A DNA stretch of 64,000 nt from NCBI GenBank assembly GCA_951406725.2, contig OX597821.1, positions 60,326,001-60,390,000 on the forward strand. Reading direction: 5' to 3'. The notes beneath the pieces were generated by a model that had not been told where the DNA came from, ran no database searches, and saw nothing but the letters and a program-made list of their open reading frames with translations. A program made the position numbers and the translations under genes. The DNA comes from Octopus vulgaris. Lineage: Eukaryota. The stretch's first letter is position 1. The number at the start of each line of letters is the position of its first letter. Shown in pieces: positions 51,231 through 64,000 of the stretch.

Positions 51231-51947
51231 GGAGAGTATGGAGGTGAAAAAACCCCTGAAATGATATTCTCCGAAATGAAAAACCCTCTTGAGAGAGACA
51301 AAGCCATATTCCTTTGAACGGTTCCAGTTGTGTCTGAAAAGGATCAGTTTGTGTATGTTTTCTGATCACTAATTAGCAAGTAGAGAAATGCATGTTTCTA
51401 ACACAAATTTTCTATCATGAAGGTACTGACCAAACATCTCACTTTTTGAATTTAAGATGGCCCCTCAGATCAAGCAAATCCTTTAGCACCCTTGCCCTTT
51501 TGGCCAAGCAAAGTTTGCATTGTCTACTTCCATTGCAGTATGGTCCAGGTTATTCCAGGAGCCATATAGGAATGAATAAAGTAAATATCTATGTATGTCT
51601 ATGTTACATAACATGGACCACTAATGTTAGTGTTGGGCTACAAAGAGAGCAAGTTAAAATAGGAGAATTAATTTTAAAATTTGTCACATTTTAGTTTAGT
51701 TATACTAATTTTTCCTTATGTCAACATAAGTTCATATATTTTAGGGGAGGAGTGTAGTAAATTTAATCAATACTAATTTGCTGTTACTTATTTTATTAAG
51801 TCTGGAATAATAAAATTAATAAAATGCATTTTATTAATTCTGGCAGAATTTGAACTCAGAATGTAAAGAGACATAACTAAATATCACAAACAGTTTTGTC
51901 CAATATTTTACTGATTCTGCCAAGTTACATCTTATATAACAGATCTA

Positions 51948-53217
51948 TCAAGTTGAGTAAAAATTAAGCAACGTTTTGAACCACAAAGAATTTGTACTGG
52001 ATTTTTGCAGAGTTTTGAATTTTTTCAAACATTTTTTTGCAATTGCCTGATAATACAGACACAGACTTTCCCAAATGCATTAATAAATTAACATTGATAT
52101 TTTTTCACCATTGTTACAATAATCTGAAATGGAACTGTCAAAGCGAGATGTTTGAGCAATTTTGCTATTCAACTTCAAAAAAGGGCATAAAGCATCTGAA
52201 ACTGCTCGTGATATCAATAAAACATTTGGAGAGGAAATGACCAGTGAGTGGTCAGCTTGAAAATGGTTTAAACGATTTTGCAGTGGAGAGCTGAGCCTTG
52301 AAGATTGTCAGCATAGTGGACGCACATCTGTCATCGATGACAGTCAATTAATGACCATCATTGAGAAAGATCCACTTAAAACCACTTGAGAACTGGCAAA
52401 AGTACTTCAAGTTAGCAAGAAAACTGCCTGCAACCATATGCATGTGATCAGAAAATCAAAAAAGCTTGACAAATGGGAACCACACATTTTGAATGAAAAT
52501 CAGAAAATGCGCAGATATGAAATTTGCTCGTCGCTTCTCTGTAACTAGACTGATCCATTTCTTGACCTAATTGTAACTTGCAATGAAAAGCAGATTCTGT
52601 ACAATAATAAAAAACTTTCTTCACAGTGGCTGGACCAAAATGAAGCACCAAAAACCTTCCCTAAACTTGAGTTCTTCAAAAAGAAGGTTATGGACTGTTT
52701 GGTGGTGTACTGCTGGACTCATCCACTATGACTTTTTAAAACCTGGAAAAACCATTATTGCAGAAACATATTGCCATGAAATTGCCAAAATGAATGAAAA
52801 ACTGCTACTCCTCCATCCCAGATAGGTCAACAGAAGAGAGCCAATCATTCTTCATGACAATGCTTGACCACACATTTCACTAATGACACTCCAGAAGTAG
52901 AGGGAACTTGGCTACAAAGTTCTTCCCCACCCAGCTTATTCCTCAGACATATCTCCTACTGACTATCACTTTTTCAAGCACCTTGATGGTTTCCTGTGAG
53001 AGAAGGAATTAAAAAATCAAGCTGATGCTGAAAGTGCATTCAAAGAGTTCATCAGCTCCAGAATTCCAGATTTTTAAGTTACCAGAGTAAACAAACTTTA
53101 GCAAAAATGTGTTGATTGTAATGGTACTTACTTTGATGAATAACATTTCCGCATTATTGAAATATATTGTGATGAATTTCATGTTTCAAAACGTTGCTTA
53201 CTTTTTACTCAGCCTGA
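51948..53217 (+). mobile_element. Full-length (1270 bp) decayed mariner transposon, Hsmar1/cecropia-like
   Basis: 33-bp TIRs TCA[A/G]G[T/C]TGAGTAAAAA[T/G]TAAGCAACGTTTTGAA with 3 mismatches, and TA on both sides. Confidence 0.95.
52129..53143 (+). pseudogene. Mariner transposase pseudogene
   Basis: Starts MELSKRDV; motifs KWEPHIL (WVPHEL), LHDNA*PH and HPAYSSDISPTDYHFF; ends GTYFDE*; contains multiple stops and frameshifts. Confidence 0.92.
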
Positions 53218-55041
53218 TATAATAATAAATGCAAAATTCTGTCTGTCCGGGACCTTTGTATCTCACTCTACATTTGTTCCCTATAAACATATTATACATT
53301 TTTGGAATCAAGATGATCCCAGGATTGAAAATCTGCCCTTTGTTTGGTTATTGAACATCCAGCATGGGAAACTGATTTAAAAGCATTTGGGTTGCTATAT
53401 CTAGCAGGTAAAGCTTGGCTGATTCATACCAACTTGGTTGGCATTTGTCAGATGATGTCAGAGATCAAGGGGGAGATAAATGACATTTGGTTCGTTAATT
53501 TTACAAGAACATTGGGACAAATTGGCAACAGTTGGAATTCAACTTAGGACTGGTGCATTACAGAATGCTTGCATTCCAGATTTAATCCTCATCTGTCTTT
53601 AACATCTGGTCAAATACCACTAGGGCATATAGTTATTATAGACGTATTATGGTCATGCTATTTAGCTCACTTTAGTTTTGGGCCAGAGGCCCAATTAGCC
53701 TTCTTCAGGAGCTAGTTTTTAAAAGTCTGCAAGGAGTGCAGCTTCTAAGCCAATATTAAATATTTGTGAACTAATTTACTTTTTAATGGTAGAACTCAAA
53801 ACAGATATAGCTATAAATAACAGCATGTATATATTGAGTTAAAACAACTCTTCAGTTTGAAAAGGCTTTTGACTTTTGTATCCAAAGGATTTTTCTTTTC
53901 TTTTTTTTTTTAAACCAATATCTACATGCTATTATTTATAGGTTTATTAAGGCAGTGAGCTGGCAGAATTTTGTTCATATTTATGTTCTGAGTTCAAATT
54001 CTACTGGCATCAACTTTGCCTTTCATCCTTTTAGGGGACGATAAATTAAGTACCAGTGAAACACTGGAGACGATGTAACTGACTGGTCTCCTACCCCCAA
54101 ATTTCAGGCCTTGTGCCTTTAGTAAAAAGGATTATTTATAGCTTTATTTATCTCAAGTTCTACCTTTAAAAAGCAAATTATTTCATGTCTCAAGTTTCTA
54201 AATACTTACGATGTAAATTAGTATTTGTATATGAATTCATAGCAGGCACAGAAACATCATTAGTGGTAAGCTAACATATTTATCATCTTACATATAAAAA
54301 ATAAGCTAGAGGCAAAAATTTCATTTTACAGAGATAGCAAATTTGGATTAATTTGCATACTGTGAAGAGATATAAGTCATGATGTTTTGAGCAAAGCATT
54401 TAAAGCAAATCTCTCATGTTGATATTTGTGCAACATCTGCAACTTAATAAAATCCTCAAATCGGCAGCTTGCTTTTGTCAGTGGCTATTTACCACCATAC
54501 AGGCTGGTGTCAACAGACACCAACTAACAACTGCCACATCAGTTGTTAGTCTACCCTAATGCACTGGCATCAATGGACATGCCTATGTCACTGTTTTCCA
54601 GACCAATCAGTTGGTTCAACAGCTCATTCATTCATGTTGGTGCACTGCCCTGGCTCTCCAATGGTTATGACATGGAATGCTACATTTGATATGAGCAACT
54701 AAGCAGCCTGCTTGTGAAATTAATGTGCAGGTGGCTGAGTACCTCACAAACATGTGTATCCAGAATGTAATTCTCAGGGCCATTCAGCATGACACAGGAT
54801 AGACAAGGCTGGGCCTTTGATTTATAGGTACAACTTATTTTTGCCAGCTGAGTGGACTGGAGCAATGAGAAATACAGTGACGTACTCAAGGATACAACAT
54901 GCTGCTGGGAATCAAACTCACAACCTTACAATCATGAGCCAAACACCCTAACCACTAAGGTATCCACCTCCAGATGCACTAATCTCAACAGATGTCGCTA
55001 ATCAGCTAGTGTTCCTACTTTATCAACAGATGTACTTAGAT

Positions 55042-55380
55042 CAGTGGTTCTTAACTGCGATACATATGGCTCCTGAGGATCTGTATAAAATTTTTGGGGT
55101 CCATATAACAAGATAGGAAATTGGGGACTCACAATTGCATTTTAAAGACCACTGAAAAAATTTTGCTTTAGATGTATGTATTGGTATATATTGCGAGAAA
55201 CAGCTAGGTTTCTTTCTCATTGTACATAGTTCAATGCACACAAGTTAATGAGTGAAAAACAAAATAGGAATTTTGTATGAAGTGTTTATAAAACTAGATT
55301 TTGAACATTGAATGGCTAAGAGGGCCCACCAGAATAAAATAATAATCAAAAGGTTGATAAAAAATGGTTGAGAACCCCTG
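55042..55380. mobile_element. hAT-type MITE
   Basis: TIRs CAGTGGTTCTTAAC / GTTGAGAACCCCTG; 8-bp TSD ACTTAGAT / ACGTAGAT. A related fragment lies at ~27660-27791. Confidence 0.8.
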
Positions 55381-56235
55381 ACGTAGATCATCACATTTTA
55401 TAAGCAATCAGTGACTCAAGCTGCTGGTGTTATGCTAACAATTGTTGCTGCTGAGAGAGATTATGAGCTGGAATTGCTTGTAGTGATCATTGGTGTTCAG
55501 CTCAGCCCAGCCCAGACTGGCAGGGCCAATTGAAACAGCCCAGGTATGCAGTACCAGATCATGGAGTACAAGTTGACACAGCAGCGATGGTACTGCAGCA
55601 GTTCTCCACTTGAATTTGAACCTGAACTTTTGCTTTCCATTTCTGAAAATTTTAATAAGCTAAAATAGGATCTTCAGATTGAGTAATGATGTCAGCAGAC
55701 TTGTGGCCAATGAAATTACATAGAAATATGCCTCACATTTTTGAGTGATGTCAGAACAAATTAGTCCAATCAAACTTGATCTGGAGTACAAAAAGAGAAA
55801 CCAGGTTTAAAGAGAGAAGAGAAAGATTGTCAGGCAGACATTGACAAATAATGGACATAGGAAAACTGAGGACTGACGCAGTCATGCATTAAGTTTGGCT
55901 AAATTCGATATCAATTGTTGTTTGACAATCAAACCTGCAAACATAACATTCTGCAACAACCAATAACCAAATTGCTATTCATTAAAAAAAAAAAATCAGC
56001 CAGGGCAAGAGACATGTGTATTCATTCATTCTCTTCTTCTCTCTTTCTCTCCCTTCTCACTCTCATGCAAGTGGCGTCCTTCACGTCTAGTCATGGGGAA
56101 ATGTTACCTTATTTAGAAACTGAGCGTTGATGGCAGGAAAGGCATTTGCCTGTAGAAAATCCATCCTGACATATTTTATCCAACCCATGTGGGCATGGAA
56201 AATAGGATTTTAAAATAATGATGATAAATATATAC

Positions 56236-56284
<49 letters not shown>

Positions 56285-56304
56285 CATGTGCGTGTGTGTG
56301 TGTG

Positions 56305-56350
<46 letters not shown>

Positions 56351-56699
56351 TTTATGTACACCTACACATATGTATGTATCTATGTATGTACAGGAGACTA
56401 AGGGGGCCCACCCACAACTACAAGGGGTCCACCTGCAACTACAATGTTATCATTTAACTTTTTTTTTGTTAAAAGTATTCTTTTCAACTGTCTATATACA
56501 CAGCCAGGCTAAAATAATTCATACATTCTTCCAGGAGTGCATTAAAAAAATTCTCGAACTTGAGGGGATGTGCCCTTTAGATACTAACATGAGCCCCCAT
56601 ATATGGATTCTAATGGCACAGGGGCCCACTTGCCATCAGGCAAGCTGGCAACCTGGCCAGTCTGCCACTGTGTATGTATGTATGTATGTATGTATGTAT

Positions 56700-56770
<71 letters not shown>

Positions 56771-56786
56771 CATACATATATATATA

Positions 56787-58410
56787 ACGCAACTATGCCT
56801 CTCCTGGTCTCGATGGTGTTACATACCTACTTCTCAAACGAGGTGGGTACTTTCTTCTAAGCCAACTTTCTCTATTCTTCCAATTCTGTCTTGACAATGG
56901 TGATACTCCAGAACAGTGGAAAACTGCCAGTGTTATCCCTCTGTTCAAAAAAGGCGACTGCACATCGCCTGTCAACTATCACCCCGTTAGTCTTACTAGC
57001 TGCATCACCAAACTGATGGAATCCTGTATCAGAGAAACCCTCTGGAACTTCTGTAAGTCTCACAGTCTCATCCAGCTGTCACAATTTGGATTTATTCCTA
57101 ACTCCAGCTGCTGTAATCAACTCATCGAGTTTCTTGAGGAAGTTACCCAAATCACTGATCGGGGATCCTGGGTGGATGTTGTTTACCTGGACTTTGCTAA
57201 GGCTTTTAACTCTGTGCCACACAAAAGACTTATGGTGAAGCTCTCTGCGTTGGGCGTAAGAGACGAACTCTATAACTGGTTGAAGTCCTTTATTTTCGGC
57301 CGAAAAGAGGTTGTCACAGTTCTAGGACAGCACTCTTTGCCCTATGAGATGACATCTGGTGTACCACAGGGATCTGTTCTTGGCCCCCTTTTATTTGTTG
57401 CATATGTTAATGACATAGATGCCAACTTAAAGAATGCTACAGTGCTGAAATATGCAGATGACATCAAGCTGTACCTTGAAATAAAGAGGTCAGATCTTGT
57501 ACACTATAGATCTCTATTGCAAGCAGACCTGGACACAATGCAGCAGTGGATCATGGACTGGCAACTCAAGCTGGTTGTGGACAAATGTACTACCATGCAT
57601 TTTGGGAGGAAAATCCAAGCGTCTACTTACTCCCTCCACAACACTATTCTCAAAAAGTCTTCGTGTGAACGTGACCTGGGTGTTATTGTCAACAGCGATT
57701 TGCTTTGGACAAAACACATCGCTAAAATTGTCAAGAAGGTGTCATGGCATCACTCACCAAGTCCTTTGTGAGCCGCTCTCCGGCTATCTATCTGTGGCTT
57801 TATATAGTTATGGTAAGACCTCACCTGGAATTTGCATCACCGGTCTGGAACCCCTATCTTGCCCAGGATATTAATCATCTGGAAGCCGTTCAGCGACGTG
57901 CAACCAAAAGAATACACTCCATCAGGCATTTGCCATATTCTGAACGCCTTACTTCCCTGGGCATGGACACATTGAAACTCCGACGTCTGGCAGCTGACTT
58001 GGCAGACACCCATAAAATTCTTAACCATCTTACAAACAATAACTCTGAGCACCTTTTCAAACTCCACCTGTCTAACACCCGTGGACATATTTACGAAGTC
58101 AGAAAACAGCACAGCTCCCATGACTTTAGGAAACATTTTTTCATGCTGAGAGTTGCTGAAGCATGGAACAAACTGCCGGCATCAGTTGTTAGTTGTCGGA
58201 GCACTGCATCCTTCAAAGCTTCCATACTTTCTGAGATTTGCCAACACTAGACCTGATTTTCTCCCCTCCATACACACACAAGCATGTATCTGACTCATGC
58301 ATTGTTCACTTTCCGAACATTTGTACATTACTGCATGTGCTTTATATGCACTGTCTGACAAGTTGTGGTGCACCTGAGCACTGTATACAATAATTTCATT
58401 ATATTATATT
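56787..58410 (+). mobile_element. 5'-truncated CR1/L2-type non-LTR retrotransposon
   Basis: RT motifs YLDFAKAFNSVPH, GVPQGSVLGPLLF and KYADD, then ERDLGV and VRPHLEFASPVWNP. The 3' UTR ends in a short ATT-rich tail, and (TA)n tracts flank the element. Confidence 0.93.
56885..58250 (+). pseudogene. Reverse transcriptase (ORF2) pseudogene, frameshifted near 57740
   Basis: ORFs 57016..57771 and 57744..58250 are consecutive parts of one RT protein. No endonuclease domain is present. Confidence 0.9.
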
Positions 58411-58424
58411 ATATACATACATGT

Positions 58425-58494
<70 letters not shown>

Positions 58495-58495
<1 letters not shown>

Positions 58496-58539
58496 CAGTC
58501 CTATGATGACTTAGCTGGCCAAAGCTTCGAAGTTACAGT
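58495..58539 (+). ncRNA. Degenerate minimal type-I hammerhead ribozyme motif
   Basis: ACAGT-CCTATGA-TGACTTAGCTGGCC-AAAG-CTTCGAAG-TT-ACAGT, followed by ~80 bp homologous to 47283-47360. Confidence 0.5.
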
Positions 58540-60479
58540 CAATATTATTCTTGTTAAAGAGCAATAAATTTGTACTCTTGAAAAGTATCAAGTAACCCAT
58601 CAGATTAATGTAAAATCGTCATTGCAACAGAACATAAAAACAAACAAAAACACATACATACATACATATATACATACATATGAATGTATAAATATATATG
58701 TATATGCATATAAAAAGCATCCAGTATACTCTGCGTACTGGGTGCTTTTAGGAAGGGCATCCTGCCTTAGAAACCAAGCCAAAACAGATGATCAAAGCCT
58801 GGTGTAACCTTTGGCCCTGCCCGTTCCTGTCAAATGATAATGATGATGATGATGATGATGATATATGCCTACTTGTAGCTGTATCTATAACCCATCAACT
58901 AACTTATGGAGTGCTCTGTTCATGTTCATCTCAATGAATATATTTGTGAAGTGAACAGCATAGCTGCTCAACCAATCTCACCAACTCTACACACACACAA
59001 GCACACGCACGCACACACACACACACATGCATGCATGCATGCACACACACACATTAAGTTTATTTGTGGCTTTCATTCCTTAGAGCCTATTCTCAGGATT
59101 CATCTGTTCTGTTTGCATTATTTGTGTGTATTATTTCCCTGACGTCAAAATCAAAACCTCATATCAGAAGTACCATCTAAAAGGATTAGCACAGCTTGTC
59201 ACAACTACATTGATTTATTGACTAATATACAATGTAAATAAAACCTTTGTGAAATGATATGCTGCTGTTTTGTTAATCGCGGTCTAAACTGATAATTCCA
59301 TATACTCTTCTTCAAAGAAAGAAATTTAGGTTGAATGGCTGATCATCACAAATTCACTTGATCTTCTAATACTCTGCTTTTACTTTTGAGAGAGACATGA
59401 ATGTCTTGACACAAAGCTATCTCTTGAAATTAAGACGACTGATGATTGGTTGATGAATATAGCTAACAACAAAAGATTAAGTGATTAATTTAATTAAGCT
59501 ATTTTATTTTCATGTGTATTTGATTTTCAGCATCACGGTCATTATTCGAATAAATATATATGAATATAAAATGGTTTAATTAAGTTTGTAATTTAAACCT
59601 TGTTATCAAGTATGCTCATTAACATATGAAGCCTGATGATAGCAAGGGCTTGTTGTGACATCCATGCCTTTCATAAGAGCATAAGCAGAGCAAATGGATT
59701 GCTTATTTGAATAGAGGATGACAACGATGCTGATGACGATGATGACAATGATGATGATATTTATCCTCATTATCATGACCACCACCACCATTACCATCAC
59801 CATCACTATCACCATCACCGCAGCCACCACTGCTCCCATTGTCGCCACCATCATTTTACGTCTGTTTCCCATTCTGGCAAGGGTTGGACATTTTGAAGGA
59901 TTCTGATGGGTCACTAATTTGTAATAATGCTGAAGTGAAGTTTTAAAATAAGTGTACCACTGTAAGCCTGAGGATGCACCATTAAATGATGAGGGGATAG
60001 TACCATCCAGAGCACCCTCTCAGTGATGGGCATACATCACTTTTGTGGGGTTTGGCATCTTGAGATTAGTTTTCCTCACTTCTTCCTCTGTCTTTCTAAG
60101 TCTTTCTTTTCCACAGGCACCATCCACTATTAATGTTTGGAAAGTTTTCGGTGCTGTTGTCACCCCACACACATCATGTACCTGTCCCAACATTGCATAT
60201 TTATTTCTTTATTGTCTACAGGGGGCTAAACATAAAGGGGGCAAACAAGGACAGACGAAGGGATTAAGTCGATTCCATCAACCCCAGTGTGTAACTGGTA
60301 CTTGTTTAATTGACCCCGAAAGGATGAAAGGCAAAGTCAACCTCGGCGGAATTTGAACTCAGAACATAACAGCAGATAAAATACCACTAGGCAGTTCGCC
60401 TGGCATGCTAACAATTCTGCCAGCTTGCTGCCCTATTACATCTTGCATATTACATACGATTTCTGTCATACATGTCCTT

Positions 60480-60850
60480 TCTTCCAGATCATTTCTATAC
60501 TATTATCGATGCACACCAATATTACATGCCCAGCAAAGCATGCTCATCATATTTCTTTCAAGCCTTCAAAACTTCTCCACATTTGAGGTAGATGTCTCAC
60601 TATCATATAACATTTCACTTTATACGCAATCTACCTTTTTCCTCAAAGAGAGAAGCCCTTTGCTGCCCACAGAGCTAGAAGTTCCTTGAATTTTTTCCAA
60701 CCTGTTGTTACTCAGGCTACTATGTTTTCAGAGAACTCACACTTGCTGCTAATGAGGTCACAGTTAATGAGGTTACAGCTAATGAGATCACAGCCAATAA
60801 GGTCACAGCTAAGTAGGTCATATAAACCATTCCCTACCAATGTGGCTCCT
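60480..60850 (-). mobile_element. Decayed RTE remnant containing a 15-bp tandem repeat (60751-60822)
   Basis: The minus frame resembles the RTE GWKKFKELL...KGFSL segment. The repeat is AATGAGGTCACAGCT x ~5. Confidence 0.5.
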
Positions 60851-61289
60851 AATGTTTTACAGTAAATATGCCCAGAAATTTGCTTTATCATTTATAGTTT
60901 ATTTGTTTCAGTCATTGGACTAGGGTCATGCTGGAGTACCAACACAAAGAGTTTTAATTAAACAAATTAAACCAAGTATTTATCGTCTTTTTAAAGTTTG
61001 ATACTTATTCTATCAGAAAAAAACCTTACATTTCAGATTACAATGCTGGGAGATGTAAAGGTGGAATGTCTTTTTCTCCCTTGATGACAGAGGCTCGGTT
61101 TCTTTAATGCTTATTTGTTTTCGTTACTGGCTGCATATTTTGATGGACTACATCTACCAACATTATGGTGAATAACCGAGACCCCCCCAGAAGCAGCTGT
61201 TGGACTTATAACACCTTACCTCTTCCCCTTTAATTTTCTCTGTTGTTTGTACACTGTGTAAGTTCAATCTATTAATATATAAATGTCTA

Positions 61290-62528
61290 TCTTCTTATTA
61301 TAAAAGGCAGATTTTATCTGCCTCCCTTTGTAACTTATAGAAATCTACAATATAGGATTTCTTCAATTACAATTTACCTAGCATTTTTAAGAGTAGAATG
61401 CATCGGGTCATGCCAGGTCCAGTTTTTAAAATTTAAACTCCAATTAAGCAAAATTTACAGAAAACTCACATTCTGGTGTGTATGTCAAATGCTTTTCTTA
61501 ATGTGGTTTACACCACACGCACACGCACACACACAGTGTGCAACGAATAAAATGAAAGTAAATAGCGACAGAGTGATTTGAGGAAGACTAAACTGAAAGT
61601 ATTTAAACCACTACTCAAAAAATAAAAAAACACAGCAAACAGAAACAAATAAATACATAACGATTTACTCCTCACACAATTTCTTCAATTAGAGTTTACC
61701 CATGATTTTTCAGAGTACTTCAGTGGGTGATGCCATAAAAAATTTCTTTCAATTTTACCACCAATTAAGACAAAATTCGAGAAAACTCAATATTTTAACA
61801 TTTCACTCCGAAAGCATTGATGTACATGTGTGCGTGCGTGAGTGTGTGTGTGTCATTCCTCACACACACGCATACACATACATATATGAGAGTGGCAAAC
61901 ACAAACGTTTCAAACAACTACATACAAACACGTGTGTTTGTTATTAGTAAAAAAGGCACCAAAACACAACTCACTTATCATTCCAACACATTTGCAAAGA
62001 CACACGGACGGTGGAATTGCTATAACAATACAGAAAAGGTAAATTGGTTTTTATTTTACTCTGTATATATTTTATTATATAATATTATATATAGATATAT
62101 GTATATATAATTGCAGTATGAAACAGTGTTTATGTATAAACAGACGACACTTATATATAGTTATTATAATAAGAGATTAATAAATGTATGCATCCGTTTA
62201 ACCCTTTCGTTACCAAACCGCCCGAATTTACCTATTCATATTTAAATGAGAATATCAGAGTAAATCTCTTTAGTACATTCGTGAAAACACGTATTATACT
62301 TCGTAAACACTTCAACTACAGTTTTGTACAAAAATCGAAGTGTAATTTTAATTCCGTGAATTATGGGAGATTTTTTTCCGAAATTTGTTCCTATTGTGTT
62401 TTCAAAATTTGTAATTCTGACAAAAAATGGATACGAATTTCATTATATCAAGCAGCGAGTCAGAATTCAAAGTATTTTCTACTGAAGACCTTCATAAATC
62501 TAACTCTATGACTGAAAAAAAAAAAGCA
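61290..62528 (+). mobile_element. Second Helitron-like 5' end and body upstream of the short Helitron
   Basis: A|TCTTCTTATTATAAAAGGCAG...TCTGCC start, with no 3' terminus of its own before 62923. Confidence 0.45.
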
Positions 62529-62923
62529 TCTTTATATAAGAGTGAAGTTGTGTGTCTGTCTCCTACGATTTAGATTCGTAACTACTCCCACATTTTGCGG
62601 TGCAGTTTAACCAAAACCGGGTATCTTATAGTCGTGATTCATATCGAGCCCTTCTGGGTATTAGCGCGCGTCTACGATAAGTCTACGATTTAAAAAAAAT
62701 TTACCATCATATTTTTCCATTTTAATGCATTTTTTTCGTTTTTATATAAGGGAAGTAACTCTCTAAAAATATCTACGATGTGTCAACGATTTAAAAAAAA
62801 ATTACCTTAATTTTTTTTTCAATTTTTAATGCATTTTTTTGCTATTTTTTGGCTATAACTCTCTAAAAATGCTTATATAGTTATTTCCCTTACAACCCGA
62901 GCAACGCCGGGCGATACTGCTAG
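62529..62923 (+). mobile_element. Non-autonomous Helitron (395 bp)
   Basis: A|TC start followed by TTTATATAAGAG...CTGTC; GC-rich subterminal hairpin CCCGAGC-AAC-GCCGGG; CTAG|T end; no TSD. Confidence 0.82.
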
Positions 62924-64000
62924 TATATTTATACTTAAATATTCATTGCCTGAAAATCTTCAGTCTTTGCTTTCTTTCTGTTTGCGCACGTGTGCACGCG
63001 TACACACACACACACACACATGCACTTCCTAATTGGCGTTAGGAAGGGCATCCAACTGTAGAAACCTTGCCAGATCAGATTGGAGCCTAGTGCAGCTGCT
63101 TGCTCTCCTGACCTCAGTCAAACCGTCCAACCCATGCCAGCATGGAAAACGGATGTTAAACGATGATGATAATGATGATGATTTATACAATTCCTAATGA
63201 TATTTAATTATAAAAATATAGTAGGTTCTTTTTTTGGATTCAGTCCCACTGTGTGGAATGTAGTACCTTGGTTAAGTCTTCTACTATAGCCTCAGTTTGA
63301 CTAAAGCCTTGTTAATAGATTTGGCAGATGGAAACTGAAAGAAGCCCATTGGGTGGTGAAGTTCTAGTTTGGGGTTTCTGGTGTTGTGGAGAGTGTGGAA
63401 TCACCCTTTAATTGTTACTCTATCCAGATACATTCTGACTTGGAATGGTAGTACCTGTCAGGATCCAACTATGGGCTAAATAGGTTTCCCAGGGGTAGAG
63501 GAGGTTCCTTTTACTTTTGATAAAACCGTGAGGAAGGCAGCCCCTTCTAGGAGAAAGATAATTTGGCATAAAACTTGCAGTCAAAATAGTATTGGTCATC
63601 TTGCAATGCTTGTCACTGGAACCTACTGAGAGAGTGGTATATAAATAATTAGAAAATGAAGAAAACCACAGATAGACAAGCACATCAATTAAACCACATT
63701 TATAGCTTATTATTTAATACAAAACATGGCATAACATTTATGTAACATAGATTTGTAATGTGGTAGGGACAGTCTGCTCTGGGTGGCACTTCTAAAGGGG
63801 TGAGGTGACACCTTTGCAGATTTTCTATGGCTGGATGCCTTTCATCTCATGGACTCTTCACATGTTTCCAAGACTAGGTAAAATTTTCCCATGGCCAGAC
63901 ATGTTTTTCTTAGAACACTGGAACCAAAGAACTTCAGTTGTATAGCAGTGCTGCCCATTTACAAACATCACGTGATACACACACACACACACACATGATG

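Noticed and set aside
59606-59914. Hydrophobic M/V/I-rich ORFs on both strands
   Set aside because: They derive from (GAT)n/(CAC)n low-complexity sequence.

Overview
AT-rich, repeat-dense eukaryotic genomic DNA. The SINE, MITE and microsatellite landscape looks like an octopus or other coleoid cephalopod; this is recognised from memory, not searched. The one well-supported protein-coding gene lies on the minus strand. It has 7 clear GT-AG exons with matching phases (41662 down to 8103) and a tentative terminal exon near 6424. It encodes a ~647-aa protein with an N-terminal transmembrane anchor and a very Lys/Ser/Gln-rich tail, resembling invertebrate metadherin/LYRIC-like proteins, and it carries a 9x8-aa KKGSEQxG repeat. 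The rest is mostly mobile DNA: four SINE families, two mariner elements (one full-length and decayed, one internally deleted), a 5'-truncated CR1/L2-type LINE, RTE remnants, hAT and piggyBac-type MITEs, Helitrons and a Penelope-like remnant. The most unusual signal is three dispersed, degenerate copies of a minimal type-I hammerhead ribozyme with a palindromic stem III, plus a weaker fourth motif. One copy ends the Penelope-like remnant, which also carries a ~315-bp inverted repeat. Most short ORFs in the supplied track are artefacts of SINEs or microsatellites.
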